From an uncultured Actinomycetes bacterium (GTDB lineage Bacteria > Actinomycetota > Thermoleophilia > UBA2241), in contig CAVRZA010000011.1 in the NCBI GenBank assembly GCA_963725665.1, forward strand, positions 384,001-448,000: a stretch of DNA of 64,000 bases. Direction: 5' to 3'. Both the position numbers and the translations under genes were made by a program. The first letter of the stretch is position 1. The number at the start of each line of letters is the position of its first letter. A model generated the notes under the pieces. The model was not told the origin of the DNA. It saw only the letters and a list, made by a program, of their open reading frames with translations, and did not search any database. Of the stretch, positions 1-9,570 are shown piece after piece.

Positions 1-110
1 CCTCCCACATTCCCCTACCGCTTGGGGCGACTCGTTTGCATCGCGGCAACGGGCCCCGCCATCACGACTTCGCGTGGAGGGGCGGCCGCCGGGCCACCCC
101 CTTGTAGAGG

Positions 111-140
111 ACGCGCGGGCCGCTGTGGCGGCCCGCGCGT
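111..140. terminator. GC hairpin downstream of the 169..765 gene
   Basis: Perfect 13-bp inverted repeat acgcgcgggccgc-tgtg-gcggcccgcgcgt, about 30 nt past the stop codon. Confidence 0.6.
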
Positions 141-168
141 CGTGTTCACTCTCGCCTCGGAAGACCGT

Positions 169-765
169 TCAGGCTCGGGCGAGCTCCTCGTCCTTGCCCT
201 GCACGAGGTAGTAGGCGGCGGCGACGGCCACGACAAAGAACGGCGTGGTCAGGATCGTCAACACGCCGGGGACGGCGGCGGCAATCACGAACCCCACGAT
301 GATGAGCGCCAAGTGCTCCCAGAAGCCGGCCTTCATGACCATGTCCTTGCTCGTGCTCATGGCCTCGCCCAGGCCCATGCGGCGGTCCACCATGAGCGGG
401 AACACGTAGATCCAGATGGTGGCCAGCAAAAAGCCGCCGACGATGGTCAGCGACGCCAGGCCGATGAGGATCACCAGCACGAGCGCGGCGGCGAAGTACG
501 ACCAGAAGCGCCCCAGGCCGGCGAAGATGTCGCCCACGTGCGCCGGCCGTCCGTCCCTGACGCGGCCGATCACCATGCCGTACAGGCCGGCGAACAGCGG
601 GCCGGCCAGGATGCCGACCGTCAGGATGCTGAGCACGCCGGCGATGAGCGCCCCGATGAGCAGCGGGGCGATGTCCTTGACGAACAATCCCCAGGCCCGC
701 TTGAAGGCCAGGCCGATGTCGAGGCTGCGACCGGCCTCTCCCTGCGTGGTCGTGATCGAGCTCAT
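169..765 (-). CDS. Integral membrane protein, multi-TM, unknown function
   Basis: Hydrophobic ORF (LLIGALIAGVLSILTVGILAGPL...); GAGGAGG RBS before ATG at 765. Confidence 0.8.
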   Translation of the reverse strand: MSSITTTQGEAGRSLDIGLAFKRAWGLFVKDIAPLLIGALIAGVLSILTVGILAGPLFAGLYGMVIGRVRDGRPAHVGDIFAGLGRFWSYFAAALVLVILIGLASLTIVGGFLLATIWIYVFPLMVDRRMGLGEAMSTSKDMVMKAGFWEHLALIIVGFVIAAAVPGVLTILTTPFFVVAVAAAYYLVQGKDEELARA

Positions 766-1113
766 GATGTCCTCCTCTTGCGAGAGTAATTGGCCTGTGT
801 ACAGCTTAGGGGAGGGCATGCCTCGGCGCGTCTTCCGCGCGGAGGAACTTACGGGTGTCCTGAGGGGGATTCATCGCCGGCGCCCAAAGCCTCCCCAGAG
901 GTAGCGAATGTGCGGACGCTACCTCGCGTGAGGGGGTACGAGAGAAGACGCGGGAGTGAGCCCTGCCGGAGGCGAGATGAGGCATCACAGGTCTTGATGA
1001 CGTGGACGGTGATGAGACCAGCGGCCTGTGCAGGCACATCCGCGAGCTCGCCGCCGAAGCGCCGACCCGCTTCACCGCCTGCTCTGGAGCACCTCAGGCC
1101 AGCGATGCCAGTG

Positions 1114-1749
1114 TCACCGACCGTAGGTCCAAAGGACCATGTCTATCCGTCGCGGTGTCCAAGAATCCGTGTCCAGCACCGCGTTCAGCGATCTCGCCTT
1201 GTTGCGCATGATCTGTGTGAGTACGACGCCGTCAGCGACGGTGAGACCCTCGGGACGCATCCGCTGAACCCCGGCGCGCTCAGGCAAAGACGGCACCTCA
1301 CACAGCGCCTTCACGACGAACTGGTCCACTGTTCCGAAAGCGTGAGGAAAGAGCAGTGACAGAAGTCCGGATCCGCCTGCTGGCCCGAGCCCACCAATCT
1401 CGCAAGCGGTAGCAAGTGCAGCGCTCACAGGGCCTTCGCTCACGCGGAAGATGCGATCACGAATCTCGAGGAGCGAGGAGGGACCAGTCCTTTCGACCTG
1501 CCGCTTGAGAGCCGCGGTGGTTGTCGCGTACCTGTTCGGGGCGGTGTACTTCCACTTGAAGTAGCCGTCCATGAGGAAGTCGAGCCAGCCGACTGCATCA
1601 AGCCTCTGCACCTCGGAGGCATCGAGAGTGTCCATCTCGCGTTCCAGAGCGAGATTGGCTGGCTTTACGAAGGCCCAGTACCGCTCGAGTGCACGATGCC
1701 ATTCCGCAGACTCGATGGACTCCCACAGCTCAGCAATTGGCGGAACCAC
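1114..1749 (-). CDS. Hypothetical protein, possible HhH-like DNA-binding or glycosylase fold
   Basis: 211-aa ORF with protein-like composition, motifs GGLGPAGGSGLL and WTPRRIDMVLW; codon usage looks less GC3-biased than neighbours. Confidence 0.7.
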   Translation of the reverse strand: MVPPIAELWESIESAEWHRALERYWAFVKPANLALEREMDTLDASEVQRLDAVGWLDFLMDGYFKWKYTAPNRYATTTAALKRQVERTGPSSLLEIRDRIFRVSEGPVSAALATACEIGGLGPAGGSGLLSLLFPHAFGTVDQFVVKALCEVPSLPERAGVQRMRPEGLTVADGVVLTQIMRNKARSLNAVLDTDSWTPRRIDMVLWTYGR

Positions 1750-1810
1750 TCACACCCCCCTTTCGTCCCGCCGACAGGATACCGGGTTCCGGGCGACGAG
1801 CGGGCGAACG

Positions 1811-2088
1811 TCAGCGCCGGCTGAAGGGAAGCGGGCTGGCGCGCCAGCCCAGCTTGCGCAGTTGAGCCGCTCGCAGGTCGTCAAGCACGAGGCGGCCGAG
1901 GAAGGCGTTCGGGTAGCCGTCGATGTCGTAGCCAACGCTCTCCACGGTGACGGCGCCCCCCTCGCCGAGGTCGAGGCCTTCACCTTCGCGCGGCAGGAGC
2001 GGCCAGTCGACCGCGCGAACGAAGCTCTCCAGGATGGTCGGGTCTCGTCGCGAACGACCCGCATGAAGGAGATGTTGAAGGCGGGCAT
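1811..2088 (-). pseudogene. Small hypothetical protein (~92 aa) split by a 1-nt frameshift
   Basis: MPAFNISFMRVVRDET joins PTILESFVRAVDWPLLPREGEG...RKLGWRASPLPFSRR if one base is added to the G run at 2040-2042. Confidence 0.55.
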
Positions 2089-2173
2089 GGCGGGTAGCGT
2101 ACACCGGTTCTCCCAATCCGCTGGCGGGCATACGGTAGAGGCGCCAACTACCGCCCAGCCGGAAGGAGCCACC

Positions 2174-2755
2174 GTGAAGAAGTCGCTCGGTCCCGAGACC
2201 CTGCTCTACCCCACCCCCGTCCTGGTGGTCGGCAGCTACGACGCCGAAGGTCGGGCGAACGCTATGACCGCTGCCTGGGGAGGCGTCGCCTGCTCGCGGC
2301 CGCCCTGCCTCTGCATCTCCTTGCGGGCGGCGACCGCCAGCCACGGGAACATCATGGCGCGCAAGGCATTCACGATCAGCCTGCCGAGTCGCGAACAGGC
2401 GGCCGCGGCCGACTACTTCGGCATCGTCTCGGGACGCAAGGTCGACAAGTTCGCGGCCACCGGCCTGACGGCCGCGGCCGCTGAGTTCGTCGATGCGCCG
2501 TACCTGGCTGAGTTCCCACTGAACATCGAGTGCGAGCTCACCGAAGTGCACGAGCTCGGCCTGCACACCCAGTTCATCGGCCTTATCAAGGACGTCAAGA
2601 TTGACGAGAGCTGCCTCGACGCAAAGGGGCGTCTCGACGTGCGCAAGCTCGATCCCATCGCCTTCGCCATCCCAAGCAGCTACTTCGCGCTGGGCGAGCT
2701 TCTCGGCCCGGCCTACTCCATGGGCAAGGTCTTCATCGCCGCCACGGATGGTTGA
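2174..2755 (+). CDS. Flavin reductase family protein (flavoredoxin-like)
   Basis: LYPTPVLVVGSY..NAMTAAWGG..PP, DKFAATGLT, PYLAEFPLNIEC motifs; AAGGAG RBS then GTG at 2174. Confidence 0.9.
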   Translation: MKKSLGPETLLYPTPVLVVGSYDAEGRANAMTAAWGGVACSRPPCLCISLRAATASHGNIMARKAFTISLPSREQAAAADYFGIVSGRKVDKFAATGLTAAAAEFVDAPYLAEFPLNIECELTEVHELGLHTQFIGLIKDVKIDESCLDAKGRLDVRKLDPIAFAIPSSYFALGELLGPAYSMGKVFIAATDG

Positions 2756-2885
2756 TCCCCGGGGCACGTTGCAGGAGACCAGGCGATCATGTGGGCCGGC
2801 TGCGGAAGGAGTCGACCGCCGGTCGCCGAGCCACAGAGGAGCCCCGGCCTTGGAACGCGGGGGCGCGACGTAGGAGGTCTGGAGA

Positions 2886-3275
2886 ATGATCGATACGAAA
2901 CCCATCGACGAGTGGCTCGCGCGCTACCGCGGGGCGTGGACAACGGACGATGCCGAGGAGATTGCCGCCCTCTTCAGTCCCACAGCCCGCTACTTCACCG
3001 CCCCCTATCGGGCCCCGTTGGAGGGCCCCGAGGCGGTGACCGCGTACTGGGTGACGCAGGAGGAGTCCGGCATTCCATGGACGTTCGATTACGAGGTGGT
3101 CGCCCGGCAGGGCCTGCAGCAGGCTGACCTCTACGTGGTGCGCGCCGTCACCCGGTACCCCGAAGGCACGAGAGGCGCGAGCGGCCCCGAGGTGTTCCAC
3201 AACCTCTGGCTGGTGACGCTGGCCGACGACGGACGAGCCAGCGAGTTCGTCGAGTACTTCATGCTCGCCGAGTAG
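2886..3275 (+). CDS. SnoaL-like / NTF2 family protein
   Basis: WLARYRGAWTTDDAEEIAALFSPTARY...NLWLVTLADDGRASEFVEYF; GGAG RBS. Confidence 0.85.
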   Translation: MIDTKPIDEWLARYRGAWTTDDAEEIAALFSPTARYFTAPYRAPLEGPEAVTAYWVTQEESGIPWTFDYEVVARQGLQQADLYVVRAVTRYPEGTRGASGPEVFHNLWLVTLADDGRASEFVEYFMLAE

Positions 3276-3463
3276 CGGACTGGCGCGCCCGAGGCATGGT
3301 CGTCACAGGTTCACGTATCGCGTCGCGCCCTCAACAATGGGGCGTTTGCAGCGTCTCCCGGAAGGCTGCCGACGCAGAGCCGACCGGACACTGCATGCCC
3401 ACGCCGGGATGAAACCGATCGAGGGGTCCGCCGTCGAAGACCGGGCGTCCCCTCCTCTACGAT

Positions 3464-3640
3464 GTGGATCACTTCCGCAAGGTCGCCGATGTCTACGAGA
3501 GGGCGTTCCGCAAGGGAAGTCCTCCTACTAGGGCCGTGGCGCATGAGTTCTCCACGTCACGCTCCGCAGCGGCGAAGTGGGTCGCGAAGTGGAAGGAGGG
3601 GAGGATCGGCCTCGCCCCATTGACATTCCTCTCTCCATAT
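3464..3640 (+). pseudogene. Possible remnant of an HTH-type DNA-binding protein
   Basis: DHFRKVADVYERAFRKGSPPTRAVAHEFSTSRSAAAKWVAK reads as a helix-turn-helix; no convincing start and a non-protein-like tail. Confidence 0.35.
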
Positions 3641-3917
3641 CAGGAAACCCACCGAAGGTGTGCCGAGCAGTGGTCGGCCGTGTGCGATTGTGCTGCACAG
3701 TCCAAGGTTCTGCGGAGCGTTTGTGCTGGGCTGTTCAGGCGTGTTGCGCCGTAGTGAGGCGTCTCGTCGGAAATGCGGCGGCAGCAAGCCACACAGGGGG
3801 GGCGCGCGCCTCTGTGCCGCGCCCTTCGGAGCCGCGTGAGGCGTGGGACGTTCCGCGGGGAGCGGGCGCACCGCCGGCCGGACGCGATCGGTCGACGGCC
3901 GGCCAGCGCAGCCCCTG

Positions 3918-4070
3918 TCAGCTCTCGCCGCCGGGCGCCGCCTGGAGCTTCTCCAGCACACGACCCGGGCTGAACGACGCCGGCTTCTGGCGCGGCGGGA
4001 ACTCCTTGAACTCCTTGATGGCCTCCGCCACCACCGCCTGTGCCACACCGGCCCGCACCAGGTGCCTGCG
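3918..4070 (-). pseudogene. 3' remnant of an arylsulfatase gene
   Basis: AQAVVAEAIKEFKEFPPRQKPASFSPGRVLEKLQ matches the recalled C-terminal FKEFPPRQKPASFS signature of bacterial arylsulfatases; the rest of the gene is absent. Confidence 0.55.
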
Positions 4071-4403
4071 GCGGTCGAGGCTCGGTTTGAGGCAGCCGTG
4101 GCACTGGCACAAGCTAAGAGGATGCGCTACTGTCTTCCTAGGGTACGCAGAACCATCAAGGCCATCGACGATCAGTCATACGGAGCTGTAGCCGTTGATG
4201 CGCATCTTGTACGTGCACCCCCGTTTGCCCGAGTTCCCCTCGGCTCGAGGCCGTACAGCAAGCGCCGCCTGCCCTCGTATCTTGCGTCGGCGGCCGTCTC
4301 GCCCGGCGATTGATGCCACGCTTCTCTCCATCGCACCAAGGCATGACCGGCACCGCTTGCCCACGGCGGCGCCGAGAACCGGCAGTGCAAGCACTCGGGG
4401 GAG

Positions 4404-4628
4404 GTGCCCTTGCACAACGCAACAGTGGTGTGCCAAGGCTGCGGCAAGGAGTTCTCGTACCAGACGATGTTCGTGGAGACGGTTGGCGTCGCCGTGTGTC
4501 CGTATTGCGGCGTCCGCGACGGCGCAGTGACCCCGCGTGACGAACCCACGTCTTCTCTCAACATGGAGGGGCAGGGCTTCAGCGGACTCTCCGGATCTGC
4601 TGGCTCGAGAATGGGTGCATCGACGTGA
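4404..4628 (+). CDS. Small zinc-ribbon protein (CxxC-x18-CxxC)
   Basis: CQGC...CPYC; GGGGAGG RBS (start may be TTG 4410); GTGA stop/start overlap with the next gene. Confidence 0.65.
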   Translation: MPLHNATVVCQGCGKEFSYQTMFVETVGVAVCPYCGVRDGAVTPRDEPTSSLNMEGQGFSGLSGSAGSRMGAST

Positions 4629-6160
4629 CCGAGGACGAAGCTGCGTTTGCCATCGATCGGACGACGATCGACGCCGTCGTCTTCGACATGGACGGGGTGG
4701 TCACCCGCACCGCAGCGGTGCACGCCGCCGCCTGGAGGCAGCTGTTCGACGATTTTCTGGAGAAGCGGGCTGCCGCCGCGGACTTGGAGTGGACTCCCTT
4801 CGATATCGATAGGGACTATCGCGTCTACGTCGACGGCAAGGCCCGATACGACGGCGTCCGCAGCTTCCTTGCCTCGCGCGACATCACGCTGCCGGAGGGC
4901 ACCCCAAGCGACCCACCAGATGTGGAGACGGTCTGCGGGCTCGGCAACCGCAAGAACGGCTACTTCATCGACGTGCTTGAACGCAACGGCGTTGAGCCCT
5001 TCGAGAGCACGGTTCGGCTGGTTCGTTGCCTGCAGCAACTCGGCATCGGCACCGCGATCATCTCGGCCAGCGAGAACGCTACAGCGGTCCTCGAAGCCGC
5101 GGGCGTAGGCACGCTGTTCCCGGTACAGGTCGACGGCCTGGTGGCTCGGAAGCTCGCTCTGCTGGGCAAGCCCGATCCGGCCGTCTTCTTGGAGGCTACG
5201 CGGCAGCTCGACTCCGTCCCGGAACGGGCGATCGTGGTGGAGGATGCGCTCGCTGGGGTCGAGGCGGGGCGACGCGGCGGTTTCGCGCACGTGATCGGCG
5301 TCGACCGCACGGGCTATTCCGATGCGTTGCGCGGATCGGGCGCGGACGTCGTCGTGCCGGACCTCGCCGACGTGACCACCGACCCCCCGACTCTGCCGTC
5401 CGCGCTCACGTGCGCCGCCGACATCGCGCGGCGCATCGGCAAGACGCCGCCGGCGGTCTTCTTGGACTATGATGGCACGCTCACCCCCATCGTCGCGCGG
5501 CCGGAGCTGGCGACGCTGTCCGAAGGGATGGCGGCGGTGCTGCGCGACCTGTCCGCCCGGTGCCCGGTGGCGATCCTCAGTGGTCGCGATCTGGCCGACC
5601 TGCAGCAGATGGTGACTCTCGACGGAATCGTCTACGCCGGCTCGCACGGGTTCGACGTCGACGCCCCCGAGCAGCTCGGCGGGCGGGTACGCCGCGGCGA
5701 GGACTTCGCGGACGTGCTCGCCGCCGCCCGCGCCCGCCTCAAGGACGCGGTCGCGCCCATCCCCAACGCCTGGGTCGAGGACAAGGCGTTCGCCGTGACC
5801 GTCCACTTCCGCCAGGTGTCGCCGGAGGATGTCCCCGCCGTCGAAGCCGCCTTCGCCGCCGTGGCCGACGCCTTCCCGGATTTGCGCCGCACGGGCGGCA
5901 AGAAGGTCCTCGAGCTGCGGCCGAACGTCGAGTGGGACAAGGGCCGTGCACTGCAGATGCTGCTCGAGCGCATCAACCGGAGCGGCCCCCACATCCCGCT
6001 GTTCGTCGGTGACGACGAGACCGATGAAGACGCCTTCCGCGCCGTTGCCGGCAGCGGCATCGGCATCCGCGTGGGCGACCCGCACGTCGCCAGCGCCGCG
6101 GAGTACTTCCTGGCCGACTCCGGCGAGGTGGCGACGTTCCTCGGGAGGCTGGCGACATGA
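4625..6160 (+). CDS. otsB: Beta-phosphoglucomutase-family HAD fused to trehalose-6-phosphate phosphatase
   Basis: N-terminal FDMDGVVT/GKPDP/VVEDALAGV; C-terminal FLDYDGTLTPI/GDDETDEDAF. Confidence 0.9.
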   Translation: MTEDEAAFAIDRTTIDAVVFDMDGVVTRTAAVHAAAWRQLFDDFLEKRAAAADLEWTPFDIDRDYRVYVDGKARYDGVRSFLASRDITLPEGTPSDPPDVETVCGLGNRKNGYFIDVLERNGVEPFESTVRLVRCLQQLGIGTAIISASENATAVLEAAGVGTLFPVQVDGLVARKLALLGKPDPAVFLEATRQLDSVPERAIVVEDALAGVEAGRRGGFAHVIGVDRTGYSDALRGSGADVVVPDLADVTTDPPTLPSALTCAADIARRIGKTPPAVFLDYDGTLTPIVARPELATLSEGMAAVLRDLSARCPVAILSGRDLADLQQMVTLDGIVYAGSHGFDVDAPEQLGGRVRRGEDFADVLAAARARLKDAVAPIPNAWVEDKAFAVTVHFRQVSPEDVPAVEAAFAAVADAFPDLRRTGGKKVLELRPNVEWDKGRALQMLLERINRSGPHIPLFVGDDETDEDAFRAVAGSGIGIRVGDPHVASAAEYFLADSGEVATFLGRLAT

Positions 6161-8721
6161 GGACGAGAATCCCACAGCGTGCTTGGCGACTCACCTACCA
6201 CGGGTTCGACCCGGAGGAAGAGGGGCTGCGCGAGGCGCTCTGTGCGCTCGGCAACGGGTACTTCGTCACTCGCGCCGCGGCGCCAGAAGCTTCCGCCGAC
6301 GAGGTCCACTACCCGGGCACCTACCTCGCCGGCTGCTACAACCGGCTGATCACCGAGGTGCGCGGCCGACCGGTCGAGAACGAGGATCTCGTCAACGTGC
6401 CCAACTGGTTGCCGCTGACGTTCCGGGTCGAGGACGGCGAGTGGTTCCATCTCTCGCAGGTCAAGGTGCGGCGCTACCGCCTCGACCTCGACATGCATAA
6501 GGGCATCCTCACGCGCTTCGTTGCGTTCCGGGACGACGCCGGCAGGCAGACCGAGGTCACCCAGCGGCGCCTCGTCCACATGGGCGACAAGAACGTGGCC
6601 GCGCTCGAGACGGTGATCGTGGCGCGCAACTGGTCTGGACGCATCACGATCCTCTCGGCCCTCGACGGCAGGGGCACCAACGCCGGCGTGCCGCGCTATC
6701 GCGAGCTCGACGGCAGACACCTGGTGCCGCTGAGCACAGAGCGTCAGGCCGACGACAGCATCTGCCTGGTGGCCGAGACCAGCCAGAGTCACGTGCGTAT
6801 CGCGGAGGCGGCGCGCGTGCACCTGCACAGTGGGGGAGCCCCGCGCGAGCTGCACGCGGAGCTCCAGGAACAGTCCGGGTATGTCGCCCTCCACATCCCG
6901 TGTGACCTCAAACAGGATGTGCCCCTCACCGTCGAGAAGACCGTCGCCCTCTTCTCATCCCGCGAGCGCGGGATCTCGGAGCCGTGTTACGCCGCGTGCC
7001 GTAAGCTCGAACGCACCGCCGGATTCACGGAGCTGATGGACACCCAGGCGATGGCCTGGGACCGCCTCTGGCGGCGCTGTGCCATCAGCTTCAACGACCA
7101 CGGTGAGCTCAACCGGACGCTGCACCTGCACATCTTCCACACCCTCCAGACCGTCTCTCCCAACAGCGTCGACCTCGACGCCGGGGTGGGGGCACGCGGC
7201 CTCCACGGCGAGGCGTACCGTGGCCACGTCTTCTGGGACGAGGCCTACATCTTCCCGTTCTTCAATCGCACATTCCCCGAGTCGACCCGGGAACTGCTGA
7301 TGTACCGCTATCGGCGTCTGCCCGAGGCCCGCCGGCTGGCCGACGAGACGAGCGTTGAGGGCGCGCTCTTCCCCTGGCAGAGCGGCAGCGATGGCCGTGA
7401 AGAGACGCAGGTGATCCACCTCAACCCGCAGTCCGGCCGCTGGCTGGCGGACGTCAGCCACCTGCAGCGGCACGTCAATGCAGCCATCGCTTACAACGTC
7501 TGGCAGTACTGGGAGTCCACGCGGGATGTCGAGTTCCTGTGTGCGTACGGTGCCGAGATGCTCCTCGAGATCTCGCGTTTGTTCGCGAGCCTCACCACCT
7601 ACAACGAGGCGCTCGACCGTTACGAGATCCGCGGCGTGATGGGCCCCGATGAGTACCAGACCGGCTATCCGTGGGCCGAGGAGCCGGGGCTCGACAACAA
7701 CGCGTACACCAACGTCATGGCGGTCTGGGTCCTGTCGCGGGCCCTCGACATCCTGCGGCTGCTGCCGGCGCCACGCCGCGACGAACTGGTCGCGACCCTC
7801 GAACTGACTCAGACTGAGTTCGCGCTGTGGGAACGCATCATGCGCAGGATGCTGGTCGTCTTCCACGACGGCGTCATCAGCCAGTTCGAGTACTACGACA
7901 AGCTCGAGGAGTTCGATTGGCACGGCTACACAGCGCGCTACGGCGACATCCAGCGCCTCGACCGGATCCTCGAGAAGGAGGGCGACACGGCCAACCGCTA
8001 CAGGGCGGGAAAGCAAGCGGACGTTCTCATGCTCTTCTACCTCTTCTCGATGGACCAGCTGGCGGAGCTGTTCGCGGGACTCGGCTACTCCCTCGACGAG
8101 GAGACCGTGGCGCGCACCATTCTCTACTATGCCGAGCGCACCTCGCACGGCTCGACGCTCAGCGGCATCGTGCACGCCTGGAGCCTGCGGCAGATGAATC
8201 CCGACCAGTCATGGACCTTCTTCAAGAACGCTTTGCACTCCGACCTGCTCGACATGCAGGGCGGCACCACGCGTGAGGGCATCCATCTCGGGACGATGGC
8301 GGGGACGGTGGACCTGGTCGAGCGCGCCTACGTCGGTCTCGAGATCCGCGACGACGTCCTCTGGTTCGACCCGGACCTGCCGACTGAGGTGGACACGCTG
8401 CGCTACGCGCTCCTCTTTCGCGGGCACTGGATCGACGTCGACGTGGACGGCGACCGGCTCTCGATCGGCCATCGGCGCTCGGCCGCCGGTGCCGTCGCCG
8501 TCGGCCTCGGTGGCAAGATCGAGCTGCTCGAGCCCGGTGCGAACGCGGTGACGACACTCGATCGGCGGCGCGGACAGGCCTCTGCGACTGGTGCCCGTCG
8601 CGAGGGCCCGCCGGACGGGCGAGGCACCCACCGGACGATCCGGCCGCTTGCGTCGGTAGGGCCCAGAGCCGGTCATCGGCCGACCACCGGCGCCCGCCTC
8701 GTGTCACCGCCTGGTCCCTAG
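6157..8721 (+). CDS. Glycoside hydrolase family 65 (trehalose/maltose phosphorylase-like)
   Basis: REALCALGNGY, ARGLHGEAYRGHVFWDE, GPDEY, KQAD, HGSTLS motifs; ATGA coupling to the upstream gene. Confidence 0.93.
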   Translation: MRTRIPQRAWRLTYHGFDPEEEGLREALCALGNGYFVTRAAAPEASADEVHYPGTYLAGCYNRLITEVRGRPVENEDLVNVPNWLPLTFRVEDGEWFHLSQVKVRRYRLDLDMHKGILTRFVAFRDDAGRQTEVTQRRLVHMGDKNVAALETVIVARNWSGRITILSALDGRGTNAGVPRYRELDGRHLVPLSTERQADDSICLVAETSQSHVRIAEAARVHLHSGGAPRELHAELQEQSGYVALHIPCDLKQDVPLTVEKTVALFSSRERGISEPCYAACRKLERTAGFTELMDTQAMAWDRLWRRCAISFNDHGELNRTLHLHIFHTLQTVSPNSVDLDAGVGARGLHGEAYRGHVFWDEAYIFPFFNRTFPESTRELLMYRYRRLPEARRLADETSVEGALFPWQSGSDGREETQVIHLNPQSGRWLADVSHLQRHVNAAIAYNVWQYWESTRDVEFLCAYGAEMLLEISRLFASLTTYNEALDRYEIRGVMGPDEYQTGYPWAEEPGLDNNAYTNVMAVWVLSRALDILRLLPAPRRDELVATLELTQTEFALWERIMRRMLVVFHDGVISQFEYYDKLEEFDWHGYTARYGDIQRLDRILEKEGDTANRYRAGKQADVLMLFYLFSMDQLAELFAGLGYSLDEETVARTILYYAERTSHGSTLSGIVHAWSLRQMNPDQSWTFFKNALHSDLLDMQGGTTREGIHLGTMAGTVDLVERAYVGLEIRDDVLWFDPDLPTEVDTLRYALLFRGHWIDVDVDGDRLSIGHRRSAAGAVAVGLGGKIELLEPGANAVTTLDRRRGQASATGARREGPPDGRGTHRTIRPLASVGPRAGHRPTTGARLVSPPGP

Positions 8722-8889
8722 ACAGACCACTCAGTCGGCCGCAATCGCGGCGTTGACACCGACTCGCACGCCCTCCCGGGTCCACCCCCATCATAGTGCG
8801 AGCGACGCCTTTCCACGCGAGTTCTGGCGGGGCGAAGGCGGCGAGGTCGGGACACAGCCAGGAGATCGACGCCAAGCGGGCCTCGGCGA

Positions 8890-8910
8890 CACAGGTCTTG
8901 ATGACCTGTG
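8890..8910. promoter_or_regulatory. Palindromic operator-like site CACAGGTC-N5-GACCTGTG
   Basis: Perfect 8-5-8 dyad in intergenic DNA; its first 16 nt recur exactly at 986-1001. Confidence 0.4.
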
Positions 8911-9045
8911 CCGAGCCGAAGTCTGAGTCCCATGTTGGCCTGCTGCTCGGCCAAGCGACGGTCAAGGATACAGTCGCGCCTCCCGATAGATGAGCTCAGG
9001 TTGGGCGCGCTGGAGGCGCGCCTCGCGAAGAGCGGGAGGTCCGTC

Positions 9046-9441
9046 ATGGACACACCGAGAGTGTGCCGGAGGGCCGCTGCGGGCTGGGCGCTGGCGATCG
9101 CAGTGGTCGCGGCGTTGCTGACGGTGGTGCTCGGCGGCTGCGGCGACTCGCTCGTGACGAGCCCGGCGACGCAGATCGACCAGGCGAAGAACGTCGCGGC
9201 CAAGGCCGAGATCCTCTCCGTCGAGACCGGCGTGCGCGCCTACCAGGCGATGAACGGGCGCTTGCCCGCCGATGCCTCCCAGGCGACACTCGGGACGTTC
9301 GTGAACCCCTGGCCCAAGAACCCGTGGACGGGTGGGCCCATGCAGCCGGGGACGGGCAAGGGCGACTACTCCTACGCGATGACCAACAGTGGCTTCAGCC
9401 TGACGGTGCACATCGACGGCGGGGACTACTCGCGGCCGTAG
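9046..9441 (+). CDS. Lipoprotein with a GspG/pilin-like globular domain
   Basis: Signal peptide with lipobox LGG-C; then AKAEILSVETGVRAYQAMNGRLP...WPKNPW...GDYSY, resembling pseudopilin heads; GGGAGG RBS. Confidence 0.7.
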   Translation: MDTPRVCRRAAAGWALAIAVVAALLTVVLGGCGDSLVTSPATQIDQAKNVAAKAEILSVETGVRAYQAMNGRLPADASQATLGTFVNPWPKNPWTGGPMQPGTGKGDYSYAMTNSGFSLTVHIDGGDYSRP

Positions 9442-9570
9442 CGCGCCGCCAGCGGACGACCTCCAGCGACCGCGCCCACCAGGCCGGGATGCTCCTAGCG
9501 TTCTCGCTGCGTTCGGCCTGTTGTACACTCGAGCGGCGTCGGTTGCGCTAAGCCACCGGCGAGGATCGAC

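Noticed and set aside
4113-4436. In-frame TGA at 4176-4178 linking two minus-strand ORFs (possible selenocysteine)
   Set aside because: Flanking translation is not protein-like and has no redox motif; only the distal part resembles an arylsulfatase remnant
8560-8721. Arg/Pro-rich C-terminal extension of GH65 as an extra domain
   Set aside because: Low-complexity run-on typical of a drifted stop codon; nothing recognisable
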